A DNA stretch of 64,000 nt from the human T2T-CHM13v2.0 reference genome, Homo sapiens, in the NCBI RefSeq assembly GCF_009914755.1, contig NC_060937.1, one strand, 5' to 3'. Below the pieces are notes generated by a model. It worked only from the letters and a program-made list of their open reading frames with translations, did no database searches and was not told the DNA's origin. Positions 11,109 through 24,099 of this stretch are shown here, in pieces. Both the position numbers and the translations under genes were made by a program. The first letter of the stretch is position 1; each line of letters starts with the position of its first letter.

Positions 11109-14100
11109 CTAGGTATTGTTTAATAGCTTTTGTAAATGAGATTGCCCTCTTGATTTTTTTCTTGGCTAGTTTATTATTGGTATACAGAAATGCTACTGAT
11201 TTTTATATGTTGATTTTGTATCCTACAACTTTAATGAATTTATTTATCAGATCTAAGAGTTTTTTGGTGAAGTCTTTAGGATTCTCTACATATGAGATCA
11301 TATCATAAGCAAGAGGGACAATTTAATTTCCTCTTTTCCAATGCAGAAAGCTTTTATTTCTTTTTCTTGCCTGATTGCTGTGGCTAGGGCTTCAAGTAGT
11401 ATGTTATATATAAGTGGTGAGAGTGGACATCTTGTCTTATTCCAGTTTTCATTCCATAATATTAAGTTTGATGTTAGCTGTGGGTGTGTCACCCATGACT
11501 TTTATTATTTTGATATATGTTCTTTCTGTGCTTATGTTCTTTCTGTACATTTTTATCATGAAGAAATGTTGAATTTTATAAAATGCTTTCTATGTCAATT
11601 AAAATCATATAGTTTTTGTCCTTCATTCTATGATGTGATGTGTCATGTTTATTGATTTGTGTATGTTGGATTATTTGTGCATCCCTGGAAAAATTTTCAC
11701 TTGATCATGAATGTATTATTATTTTTCTGATGTGCTGTCAGATTTGGTTTGCTAGTATTTTGTTGAGGATTTTTGTGTCTATGTTCATTAGCAATATTGC
11801 TCTGTAGTTTTCTTTGTGTGTCCTTAGCTGGTGGTATCAGGGTAATGCTGGCCTCATAGAGTGCATTAGGGAGAATTCCCTCCTCTTTAGTTTTTTGGAA
11901 TAGTTTGATAAGAATTGGTGTTAGTCATTCTTTGAAAGATTGGTAAAATTTGGCAGTGAAGCCATCTAGTTCTGGACTTTTTATTGTTGGAAGACTTTTT
12001 ATTAATGTTTTCATCTTGTTATTATAATTGGTCTGTTCAGGTTTTCTATTTCTTCCTGATTTATCTTGATAGGTTGTATGTTTCCAGGAATTTATCAATT
12101 TTCTTTAGATTTTCTAATTTTTTAGTGTATACTTATTCATAATAGTCTTGGATAACCTTTTGTATTTCTGTGGTATTGATTGAAATGTTTTCTCTTTCTT
12201 TTCTGGTTTTATTTGGTTTTTCTCTCTTTTTTACATGGTTAATCTAGCAAGTGGTTTATTTTATGAATCTTTTCAGAAAACAAGTTTTCCTTTAATCAAT
12301 ATTTTGTATTTTGTTAGTCTCTATTTTATTTAGTTCTTCTCTGATTTTTGTCATTTTTCCCTTGCACTAATTTTGTGTTTAGTTTGCTCTTGCTTTTTTA
12401 GTTCCTTGAGGTGCATCATTATTTGAAATCTTTCTACTCTTTTAATGTAGGCACTTATTGCTATAAACTTCCCTCTTAGCACTACTTTTATTATATACCA
12501 TGGGTTTTTGTATGTTGTATTTTCATTCTCATTTGTTTCAATTTTTTAAAGAATTTTTTTCATAATTTTTTCTTTGACCCAGTGGTCACTTACGAAGCAG
12601 GTTGTTCAGTAATAGTTGTAGACTTTGACACCCCATTCTCAGCATTAAACAGGTTGTTGAGACAGAAAATTAAGAAAGGAACATTGGATTTAAACTGTAC
12701 ATTAGACTAAATAGATTTAACAGATATTTACAGAACATTTATCTAATGTCTACAGAATGCACATCATTCCCATTAGCACATGTAACATACTCCAGGATGG
12801 ACCACATATTAGGTCACAAAATAAGTCTTGACAAATTCTTTCAAAATTCACGTTGTATCAGGTATCTTCTCAAACCACAGTGGAATAAAATTAAATCAAT
12901 GGCAAGAGGAACTTTGAAAACTGTACAAATCTTGAAATCTTTTTACTTTTTTGATGTAGGCACTTATTGCTATAAAGTTCCCTATTAGCACTACTTGTAT
13001 TATATCCTATAGGTTTTCATATGTTCTATATTCATTTTCATTTGTTTCAATTTTTAAAAACTTTTTTTCTTAATTTCTCCTTCGACCCAATGGTCATTTA
13101 GGAGCAAGTTTTTAAATTTCCATAGATTTGTACAGTTTTCAAAGTTCTTCTTCGTATTGGTTTCTAATTTTATTTCATTGTGGTTTGAAAAGATACTTGA
13201 CATGATGTCAATTTTGAAAAAATTTGCCAAGACTTATTTTGTGACCTAATATGTGGTCCATCCTGGAGAATGTTACATGTGCTGATGAGAATGATGTGCA
13301 TTATGTAGACACTGGATAAATGTTCTGTAAATATCTGTTAAATCAATGTAGCCTAACGTGCAGTTTAAATCCAATGTTTCTTCTTAATTTCCTGTCTCAG
13401 TAATCTGTTTAATACTCAGAGTGTGGTGTCTAAGTCTACAACTATTACTGAATTGGAGTTTGTCTCTTTCTTTAAATCCATTAATATTTGCTTTATATAT
13501 CTGGATGCCCCAGTTGTGGGTGCATATATATTAATATTTGTTATAACCTTTTGCTGACTTGATCCCTGTATCATTATATAATGAGCTTTTTTCCCTCCTT
13601 TTGCTGTTTTTGAGTTGAAGTCTGTTTTATCTGATATAATTACTCCTGTTTATTTTTGGTTTCCATTTGCATAAAATATATTTTCCCTTCCCTTTACTTT
13701 CAGCCTATATGTATCTCCAGAGGTGAGATGTGTTTCTGGTGGGCGGCATACAGTGAGGTAATGTTTACTTTATTTTATATATTTTTTGTATCCATTCAGC
13801 CAGTCTATATATTTTAAGTGGAAAGTTTAATCTGTTTAATTCAAGTCTATTATTGATATGTGAGATGCTTGTCATTTTATCAAATGATTTCTAGTTGTTT
13901 GATATATCTTTTCTTTCTTTCTCTCTTACTGCTTATCATTGTGGTTTAGTGTTTTTCTGCAGTGGTAATATTTGAAACTTCTCCTGTTTGTATATTTTCT
14001 CTAGTAGTGGATTTTATATTTTCATGTGTTTTCATAATGGAAGATATCTCTTTTTTTGCTTCCAGGTATAGGATTCCCTTAAGCATTTCTTGTAGAGCTG

Positions 14101-15374
14101 ATCTAGTGATGATGAATTCCTCAGCTTTTGTTTGATAGTGAAAAACTTTATTTTTTTCTTTATTTATGAAGGATAATTTTCCAGGCCAAATATTCCTAGG
14201 ATGGCTTTTTTTTTTTTTTTTTTTTTTTTCAGTGCCTTGAAACTAACATCTCAGTCTCTCTGGCTGATAAAGTTTCTACTGAGAAGTCCGCTACTGTAGT
14301 CTGATTGGGGAATCCTTATAAGTAATTAGACCCTTTTCTCTTACTGTTTTTCGTATTTTCTTTTTGTCATTGACTTTTGACAGTTTGACTATAATGTGCT
14401 GTGGAGATATTTTTGCAATGTATCTGGGGATCTCTGAGGCTCTTTTATTTAAATGTCTAAATACCTTGCTACAGTTGGGAACTTTCATTTATTATTTCAT
14501 TAAATAGGTTTTCTAAGCCTTTTGTTTTCCTTTTTCCTTCTGAAACTCTAAAAATTCAAATATTTTGTTGCCTTATGTTCTCTCATATGTCATGTAGTCT
14601 TTGCTCACTGTTTTAAATTTATCTTTTCTTTAGTTTTGCCTGACAGGGCTATTTAAAAAGAATTGCCTTCAAGTTATGAGATTCTTTCTTCTGTTTAGTG
14701 TATTGTTGAAGCCTTCAAATGTGTTTTCTGTTCATTTAATGAATTCTTCAGCTCCAGAATTACTGTTTGGTTCTTTTTTATGACACCTATCTCTTTGGTA
14801 GATTTTTCATTCATATTCCAAATTGTTTCTGTTTTCTTTGTATTGTTTTTCAGGACTTTTTATATCTCACTGAACTTCTTTTAAATTGATACTTTGAACG
14901 TATTTTCTGGGATGTCATAATTTTTTAATCGAGATCTGTTGCTGGAGAGTTACTGTGTCCCTTTGGAGGTGTCGTATTTCCTTGCTTTGTCATATTTTCT
15001 ATGTTTTTACTTTAATACATACACATCTGAAGTAATAGTAGCTTATTTAAATTATTTGAACTTGCTTTTGTAGGGGAGGAAACTTTCCTGAAGATGTATT
15101 TATGGTGTTGGCTGAATAGAGAACTTTGGCCTTGATTCTGAGTGTGTGCAGTAGTGCAGTCTCTGTATAATTTCCTCAGCTGTAACAGCTCAGTGATGTT
15201 TGTAATTTCCTCAGACATTACAGACTGATGTAATGATGTGGTGGTTAGTGGAAAGTGTGGTGAAGTTTTGCTGTGGCTTGGGTTGCCAAGGGGCCAGTTT
15301 TTGGGCATCAGTGGTAGCAGCAGTGGGCTGACTATACTTGTACTTGGACCCTGGGGTTGGCATACATTGGCACC

Positions 15375-15747
15375 TGTATTCATTTTCACGCTGCTGATAA
15401 AGACATACCTGAGACTGGGTAATTTCCAAAAAAAAAAAAAAAAGAAAAAGAGGTTGAATTCGACTCACAGTTCCATGTGGCCGAGGAGGGCCTCAAAATC
15501 AAGGCAGAAGGTGAAAGTCATGTTTTACATCGCAGCAGGCAAGAGACAGAATGAAATATCAAGCAAAATTGGTTTCCCCTTATTAAACCAGGTTTCCTGA
15601 GACTTATTCACTACCATGAGAACAGTATGAGAGAAACCGCCCCATGATTCCATTATCTCCCACTGGGTTCCTCCTACAACATGTTGGAATTATGGGAGTA
15701 CAATTCAAGATGAGATCTGGGTGAGGACCCAGAGCCAAATCATATCA
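15375..15747 (-). mobile_element. THE1 solo LTR (THE1B-like) nested in the L1 5' region
   Basis: 'tgtattcattttcacgctgctgataaagacatacctgagactggg...agagccaaatcatatca'; perfect TSD GCACC (15370-15374 and 15748-15752); expanded internal A run. Confidence 0.95.
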
Positions 15748-16266
15748 GCACCAGCGTTAGCAGGTCCAGGCAGGCCAGATCGTAGGCCTCTAGGTGGCTT
15801 GCTCTGATGCTGGTAGTGGCAGCAGTGGGCCTGGCAGGTGGGCAACTTCTCCAGTCCCTGGACATTTAGCATGATATGGTTTATGGTAGTAGCTATTTAG
15901 GTCTTGGGGAGTGTGTGGGACCTAGCATGAGCTCCCTCCTTCAATCAGTGCCATTGCACAGTTTTCAGACAGCTCTCTGCTAATTTGAGAGCCTGTGAGG
16001 CTTGAAGGGCTTGCCTTTGGCTAGGATTGCAGGAGTTTACAGTGGGAATGTGGAATGCTGGGGGTCTCCCACATACCCTTTCCCCATGTTGAGGAATCTC
16101 TCTCCAAGCTCCCAGCTGATTCTGGCCAAGCAGCCTGCCTCACTTTCCTCTCCTTCCTTGCTTTAGGTGTTTCCCATCATTTTTCTGCCAAATTCCACAG
16201 TTCTCTCTGAAGTGTGATTATCTATTCACTAGAGAATGGCAGAGGTTTACCAATCATACAGTATTG

Positions 16267-16380
16267 CTGCCATTGCCTTTATATTTATCTAAAAATCAGA
16301 TTTTTTGCCTTTCATCTGTGTATTCAACAACAACGACTGAGCTCTCACTTTATTCAAGGCATGATTTTAAGTGCCTTTCA
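16267..16380 (+). repeat. Direct repeat copy 1 (~113 bp; partner at 17881-17993)
   Basis: Shares the 34-bp identical core 'actgagctctcactttattcaaggcatgatttta' and alignable flanks with copy 2. Confidence 0.85.
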
Positions 16381-17880
16381 AGGCAGATTTGATATCGATA
16401 GGAATTACCAAGGGAGGTAAGGCTTTGAGTTGGTTTCATTTCTCTGGCTACAAGGAAAAGAAAGTTACACTGATGTAGATTTTTTCACACCCCTTTGCTA
16501 TTCTACCATAACAAAGCGACCAGGGGCATCTCTGAGCACAGCCAGCATTAGAACCTGCCATCTTTCCTTTCACCACCAGGCTGGTGGATGCCTTAAGAGT
16601 CCCCTTCAAATATTATTATGAAAAGTCATGGGAAGATGGAGTATGAAACTTGTGAAGTCCCTGCTGCGCCACACGTACACATGAGAAAATATGCCTAAGA
16701 GTTATCTCCATCTCCGGGCACTACCAGATGAATATTCTGAGGAGAACTTTGCTGCATGACAGGAAAAGATGGCCCCAGCAGGGAATGTCATGATGAAATA
16801 GGAGATAAAGTATCTAGAGTCTTTCTATGGAAGTGCACAGATAATATCCCCGCCATATGCCATGAGAATTCACTTAGAGAAGAAGATACACAACAAAATA
16901 AATTGGGGAAAAATTATTCCTCACCAAGAAAAAAACAAATTGTTGCGATAGTGGCATAAGAATTAAGGAACTTCTTAAAGGTGGCAGTTTGCTTTGGAAG
17001 GAGGAAATTTAAAGAAAGATAAACAATCCCAGGGTGAGGTGGGTAATTGAAGGTTAAAAGAACACAATGTCAATGGTGGGAGAAATATTTGGGAAAGACA
17101 GTAAGGGATGAAAACAAAGCAAGACTATTTAGAAATGAAATCAGTCCTTGCAGCTGGGGAAAAGTCTTTAGCGGTACACAAGGGACAGAGAAATTACCTG
17201 AATAACAGATTAAAGAACAAATGAGAAAAGTCTGCTTTCAGAGCACCAAGATAATGGGAACCGAGGCCGAAGATAAACCTGAGGAATGGCTGGTGCAGAA
17301 CCTGATGCCCTGGTTGCTGCTGGTACTTGCATCCCTAACATTATTTATCTTACAAAACTGTTAGTTAAAAGAAGTTACTAGCAAAGGTTTTTGTTATAAT
17401 TCTTAAGAGGATACTGTCTACGGTCAATTGATTTTACAGCCTTAATTCAGGATACTTGATGGGAAAAAACAGGTAAGCTTTTGGTGAAAGCAGTTTGCTA
17501 GATAAATTACTGCTCGGATTTTGTTTTTAATTTTAAGTATAGGTGCTTTAAACAAATGCTTTCAGTTAGGCACAAAAAAAGTGATTTCCAAAGAAGCACA
17601 GGTTAGATCCAGATAGGATAATGATGCATATAAATCACTCTAGGGAGGTTTAGTCATCTTTACATACTCAGGTTCTGTCTGGCACATAGTAATTGCTCAG
17701 AAAATGTTACTCTTAATAATAGGCTGTCAGGAGTTTCATAATTCTATTTTCAGTATTAATGAAAGGAGAGAAATATAAGATTTGTGAGCATTATGCTGCA
17801 CACCCTGATGGAGAAAATATTTTTTCTTCTCTTTTTTTTTCTTTTGGCCTTACAAGTATAGTTACCTGTGCATTGATATA

Positions 17881-17993
17881 CTACCATTGCCTCTCTATTA
17901 GTCTAAAATTCAGATTTTCTTCCTCCATCTACGTATCCAACAACAACAACTGAGCTCTCACTTTATTCAAGGCATGATTTTAGGCACATTTCA
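17881..17993 (+). repeat. Direct repeat copy 2 (partner at 16267-16380)
   Basis: Identical core at 17949-17982 versus 16336-16369, offset 1613 bp. Confidence 0.85.
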
Positions 17994-20418
17994 GTGAGCC
18001 TGACCTCATCATTGTAAGTAATGAGAGAAAAATGAACTGAGGAATTTAAGGCCCTCACTCTATGGACAGGCTGTAAAACCTGTGCTAGTCCTTTCGTGAA
18101 GACAGTGGACACAAGTGTGAGTTGGCAAATTGGTAGAGTGAGCCTGGCTGAACCAAAATTCCCAGGACGAGAAATTTGTGGTAACAGATTGTGGTAAGCA
18201 AAGGATGACAAATATTGATGCTAGTAGTACATCTTATGATATTTAGTTACAGAATATTTTTATATGTATGTACTTTAATGTTTGCAAGAATAGGGGTAAT
18301 TCCAGGCAGTTATGGCCATCTTCCCTTTGTAGTGGTATAGAACATTTCAATGAGATGTCTAATATCAATCACATGAATAACAAGAGGTAGAGCTTGGTTG
18401 AACCCAAGTCCCTTGACTGCAAGCCCAAATACATTAACCCTCCCAGTGATGTGTTCATCTTAAAAATTGTGTCGCACAACGCCTAACCATTTAGATATTA
18501 GTCATAAGTGGGAAGAATTCCGACTATCTGGTTGAGGGCATAATTTTATGGTGGAGAACCATAATTTTGTGGTACCACCCCCAATTAAAATTGAGTTCAT
18601 GTGACCCTCAATATTAGAAGGGAAACAAGGAGAGAAAAGAAAAAACGTGGATAGATGTCTCAATATATCTGAATCAGGGGGTCATTAGGGCAGAATATTT
18701 GGTTTCTGACTATATTATAATTTGATTTGATAAAAAATTAGACTGCCTGAAGAATCTGTGAGGTGTGGGAAAATGTGATTGTTGTTTAACTAAAAATAGT
18801 ACAATCAAAAGGTGATACAGTTCAGATGAGTTAGGGTGCAAATTATTAACAAACATAAAAGTAACATTTAAAAGTAATGTTCTGGAGAGTATAATGGAGT
18901 AAGCATATTGGCAAAGCCATTTATCATTATTAAAGTAATAAGTGGACTATTGATGACAAAGAGGTCAATTTCTGCTTTCAAGGTCATGAATATATGGAGT
19001 ACTCAGAGTTAAATATCAGTAAATATGTAGGTAGAATAATTTCGGGAAGAAAGAATTAGAATGGGAAAAGGTCCCATTACAATCCTAGCCATATTCAGAG
19101 CCAATCCCAACGAAGAAAATAACACTTGGGTCAGGATAGAAAAACATTTTCAAAGAAAATACATCTACAGGGAAATATGAAGAAGGGATAATTGCCCTTG
19201 CTTAGAGGCAAAAATAACATGATTAGATCAATTAGAAATTTCATTACTGTTCAGGAATGGCTTTGGGAAGTAAGCCCGGGGAATGGCTGGGAAACCTCAC
19301 AGTCTACTTCATCCTCCTCTCCAGGCTAGACACATGGGAGGAAGACAAGCCAGTTCTTCACAATAAGCATTTTCATCCTGCTTTGAAGGCAGGTGGCTGT
19401 GTGTTTCAACTCACAGGCTTGCAGAGGTTGCACCACAGTTCCTTTCATGAGACGATTCTGGTCATTCTTGTGCTCAGCAAATCCATGCACCAGGGAGAGA
19501 TTCACCTCCCCTGTCCCTGCTCCATGAAGATGGGATTTCTAAACACTTTGTATTTCTAGGAGCTCATCTTCTCTCCTATTCTCAGTGGGAGAGAGGATTA
19601 GGCTCACATGTAAATTTAAAAACTCAGCTCATTTTCTAATAAGTTCAAGTTTTATGATTTAAAAACTTTTATCAGTAAATAAAGGTCACCCATCTGGCAG
19701 CAATGTGTCTATTTGGCTCAGCTTTGGTTTTCTACACTACGTTATAAAAATATTACAGTCTAGTATGACATTAGCAAAGTGTGACATCTGGGCTTATACA
19801 AAATATAGGAGTTGGCAGAGGGACTAATTTCTCTTCTGAAAAAATGCCATGGCTAATAGGGACTGAGGACAACACAGTGGCTGACAATCCAGCCCTGGAC
19901 ATTGCTGGAATTCAGCCAGACTTGCCTGTGAGCTTAGCAGCGTCCTCTGCAACGTCTGCCTGGAAATGGGGAAGGGGCCTAATTACCCAAGAGGACAAGA
20001 TTGATGGGTTGCTACGGGCCTTTGAGAATAGAAGCTATTTTAGTGCAACAGAAAAATTTTCTCTACCTGCAGTGCTAGGTGGTCATGCATTCAAGAATTA
20101 AATGAGACTGCTTCAGAAAATGCTATAGGTATGGCAGTAATAAAGCTGGCAGCTTTTCAGTGGGTTTAGATGTTAGAGCATTTACTTTGGGGGTTGAAAA
20201 ATGTATAATTAAATTTTGGCATTGCTTTTAGGTGGTAATGATTTTTACTAAATTCTTTTTTGTATGAATCCCTTTATGAGTTCAAGACAAATGCCATGTT
20301 TATTTTTTCCCTCTAGGCTCTCTGGGTTTATTTTAATACACCGTAATCTAAAAGATATTGAGTCACTGACAAAAAGAATACATGCATCTAGACAGGGCCA
20401 CTGTGCAATCTCAGAAGC

Positions 20419-20453
<35 letters not shown>

Positions 20454-20456
20454 TTT
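20419..20456. repeat. (TTTA)n microsatellite
   Basis: About 9 tandem TTTA units read directly. Confidence 0.95.
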
Positions 20457-20790
20457 TTTAAAGAAAAGAGAGCAGATCACATTTAAAGAAAATTTCTTTC
20501 CTCATCTCTTAGCATTGAATTTTTGTGAAGATTCAGGCACTATTAATGGCCAGTGGAACTTCCAAAAGTTGGAAATTGCAGTAGCAATTTTTTCACAGGG
20601 GTGAAAAAAAATCCCTAAGCTTTAAGAAATTTGGATATCAAAAGCTATAATGCCCATTTAGGGAAAATTAGGGTGAATATTGCTTAATTAGTCATTCAAA
20701 TGATGGAAACTATCCACTCCAATGCTTTTATGAAGCTCTGCATGATGGTAACAGGGAATAGATTTCTGTGACTTGGGCAGGGAGCGCGGT

Positions 20791-20816
20791 ATTCCCATTT
20801 TTTTTCTTAGGTAAGT
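20791..20816 (+). other. Juxtaposed 3'/5' splice motif (recursive-splice-site-like)
   Basis: 'attcccatttttttttcttag|gtaagt'-type motif: pyrimidine tract plus TAG ending at 20810, immediately followed by consensus GTAAGT. Confidence 0.4.
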
Positions 20817-21959
20817 GGTGGTGGCCGAGATTAAATGCCATAAGCTTCCTTCTGCCTGCCCTGTGTTCCCTGTGCCCACCCATCCTTATTCAAATTTGCG
20901 TTACAAATTGCTGCGAGTCTCCGTCTGCCTTCCTTGGAGCACCTTTCTCAAGGGAATATACAGGCAGATCATCTGGGAGGAAGAGATCAGTGTCGAGAGC
21001 CGGCACGTTGGGAGCCCGTCTCAGAATGGACAGGGAACACAGGCTTCTGCATTTTAATTTTTCACATGAGGAAGTCACTGCACGGAGAGGTTAACAGAAC
21101 TACCAGGATCAATGAGGCAGTAGGGGAACCCAGCCTGGAGGGCAGGTCCCCAGGCCCCTCCCCATTAGCTCTTCCTGGCAAATTAACTGCCACCCGCACC
21201 ACTGGGCTTTATCATTCATTACTTTCCTCAGACTCAGAATAATTTCCATTCCAGTAGTCTAGAGAATGACTGCGTGCTTCTGGAATTTATGGGCATGATC
21301 ACCGGGGTCGGGAAGGGATCCAGGCACCAGGGTGGTTTGTACTTTCCTTTAGTAGTTCTACAGAATTGTGTCACAAAGAGCCTCCTTCCTAACCTCGCAG
21401 CCACTTTGTTATTACAGAGATGCAGCACTTTCTGCTACAGACTTGGGAAGCTGTGGGATTTAATGAGCATGTTTTGCAGTGAGATTTTCCTGCCCTCTCT
21501 CAGATGTGGCTGCTCTTGTCATTGTTCTTCTGCACTTAATATTTTCCTTCTTTCCTCAGGGGATACTCAGAATGAAAGAAGAGGGTGACATACTCTCTGG
21601 GGTGGAAGTAGAAGGGTATCCCAAGAGCACCCAGCAGGGCACACGGAGATTCCTATGAAACTGACCTGTGGCTGCCTGTGGAGAGTGCATTTCCGTTTCT
21701 TTTGCCCTTGATCCCAGGCTCCTGGAATCTGTCTTTATTGCTGCTCTGCTAGCAGGCCAGCTCTGGGCTACCTGCCTCAGTCCCTAAGCCAGTCTGGACG
21801 AAGGGTTGGCTTATATGAATAGCCTTTCTTTCTACTTCTTCTACGGCTGTGGGGTTTGAACTTGAGATATGTTATCAAACTGGGAATGGAGTCAATGGTT
21901 TACAAGTCATAGCACTGTATACTACCAATAACATAAACATGAATGCTATATCTCCCTTT

Positions 21960-22810
<851 letters not shown>

Positions 22811-22874
22811 TCATAAGGCTATAAGGCTAGTTCTCTACCTTCTTAATTAATTATTTTAGAGATTCATTGTCCTT

Positions 22875-23045
22875 CGTGGAAAGAATATGGACTTTGGAGG
22901 ACATATATACTTGGGTACAATTTCTGATATTTTATCTCTCAGCCTCAGTGTCCTCATCTGTAAAATGAGTATTTGAGTATAGCTACTTTATAGAGACAAT
23001 GTGGCTTAGGTGAGATGTTAATTCTCTATTTAATAAATATAAATT
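22875..23045 (+). mobile_element. MIR SINE
   Basis: 'gtggaaagaatatggactttggag...ctctcagcctcagtgtcctcatctgtaaaatgag'. Confidence 0.8.
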
Positions 23046-23479
23046 CTCTATTCTTTAGCCTTAGTTTCCACCAGTTTAACCACCCAGAGTTTTAGCTGTC
23101 TCTTGCCCAAATATAGTCCAGAGACGAGAGGCTCTACCACTTGCTCTGCCAAGAAAATTGTCCCGTCTGCATGGGATTCCCTTAGTTGACCTCCCTTATT
23201 AATGATGGTCTAAGGTATTTTGTGAATTGAATTCCATAAGGGCTGTTGTTGTGTGAATGAAGCCTGATTCTGACAGTGATGTGTCCTTTGTGTCGCAGGC
23301 ACCCATCTGTCCCTCTGAAGCCAGCCCTGCAGCAGGGAACATTTCTCTAGGCCTGGACTCTATAGATACTTTGCTTATTCTCTGTCCTTTTTCTAACAAC
23401 ATGGTTCTGACTAGAGTAATCTACGGCAATAAAAGAAAGAAATTAACATAAATAGAAAAGGATTTTGTGGAGGGGGCCA

Positions 23480-23670
23480 GAATGATACTGAGTGCTCTGC
23501 AAATATGTCACATTTAATCCTTACCACAGCCCTGTACGATAGGTATCCTTTAGTCCAGATGGGAAGATTGAGGCTCAGGGAGGCCAATTTGGTGAAGAGC
23601 ATATAGGTAGCAAGTGACAAATTTGGTGTCTGATCTTAGATAAGTGTGATGCAAAAGCTCCTGTTATTCC
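23480..23670 (-). mobile_element. MIR SINE
   Basis: 'catttaatccttaccacagccctgtacgataggtat...cagatgggaagattgaggctcagggagg'. Confidence 0.8.
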
Positions 23671-23754
23671 AGGACTACCACCAGCTCCAGACCTGTGAAG
23701 AACGTCTCATTTTATGATCATGCTACATAAGATGTGATGGTTTCATCCATTTTT

Positions 23755-24099
23755 TTCTAGGTTATCCTGTGGCTAATGGACAGTTGCCAAACCTCAGTGC
23801 TTTATGGCAACAAAAGTTTATTCTCACTCATATTAATTGTTGATATACATATACTCTTCATGTCATATTTATTTTGGGTTGATGCTGGAGGAATAGAGCA
23901 AAGACCGGACAATACAGTGGCTCTTAAAGCTTCTTACAGTAAAACACGTCACTTCTGTTCACATTCCATTGGCCACAGCTGGTCACATGGCCAAACCTTA
24001 GTAAGTATTATATGACTTATATTCATCCCATAGGGATAGTCCCTGGGGTGGGAAATGTTAGAAAATACAGTGAATACTTTAAACAAATAATCTACCACA
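23755..24099 (-). mobile_element. Old MLT1 LTR (MLT1K/L-like)
   Basis: 'ctaggttatcctgtgg...ctcagtgc...caacaaaagtttattctcactca...ggctcttaaagcttc...cacttctgttcacattccattggcca...tcacatggccaaacct...aatctaccaca'. Confidence 0.7.

Larger units (their letters stand above)
8780..16230 (-). mobile_element. Near-full-length old L1 (L1MA-type), degenerate, with two THE1 insertions and internal rearrangements
   Basis: 3' UTR at ~8.8-9.6 kb; ORF2 C-terminal remnant '[37 protein letters not shown]' (9648-9842); RT remnant '[26 protein letters not shown]' (11298-11492); endonuclease region ~13.1-13.9 kb; ORF1 remnant 'SPQHIIVKLSKVNDKKKIRKTVREKGLITYKDSPIRL' (14291-14488); GC-richer 5' region to ~16.2 kb. 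Confidence 0.92.

Noticed and set aside
16385-17340. Possible processed pseudogene between the direct repeats
   Set aside because: No recognisable protein similarity, poly-A tail or short TSD.
18540-19250. A-rich stretch that might be an ancient LINE remnant
   Set aside because: Too degenerate to assign by eye; needs a Dfam/nhmmer search.
20688-21588. Cluster of overlapping 60-108 aa ORFs
   Set aside because: Expected from locally higher GC; no recognisable domain and many rely on non-ATG starts.
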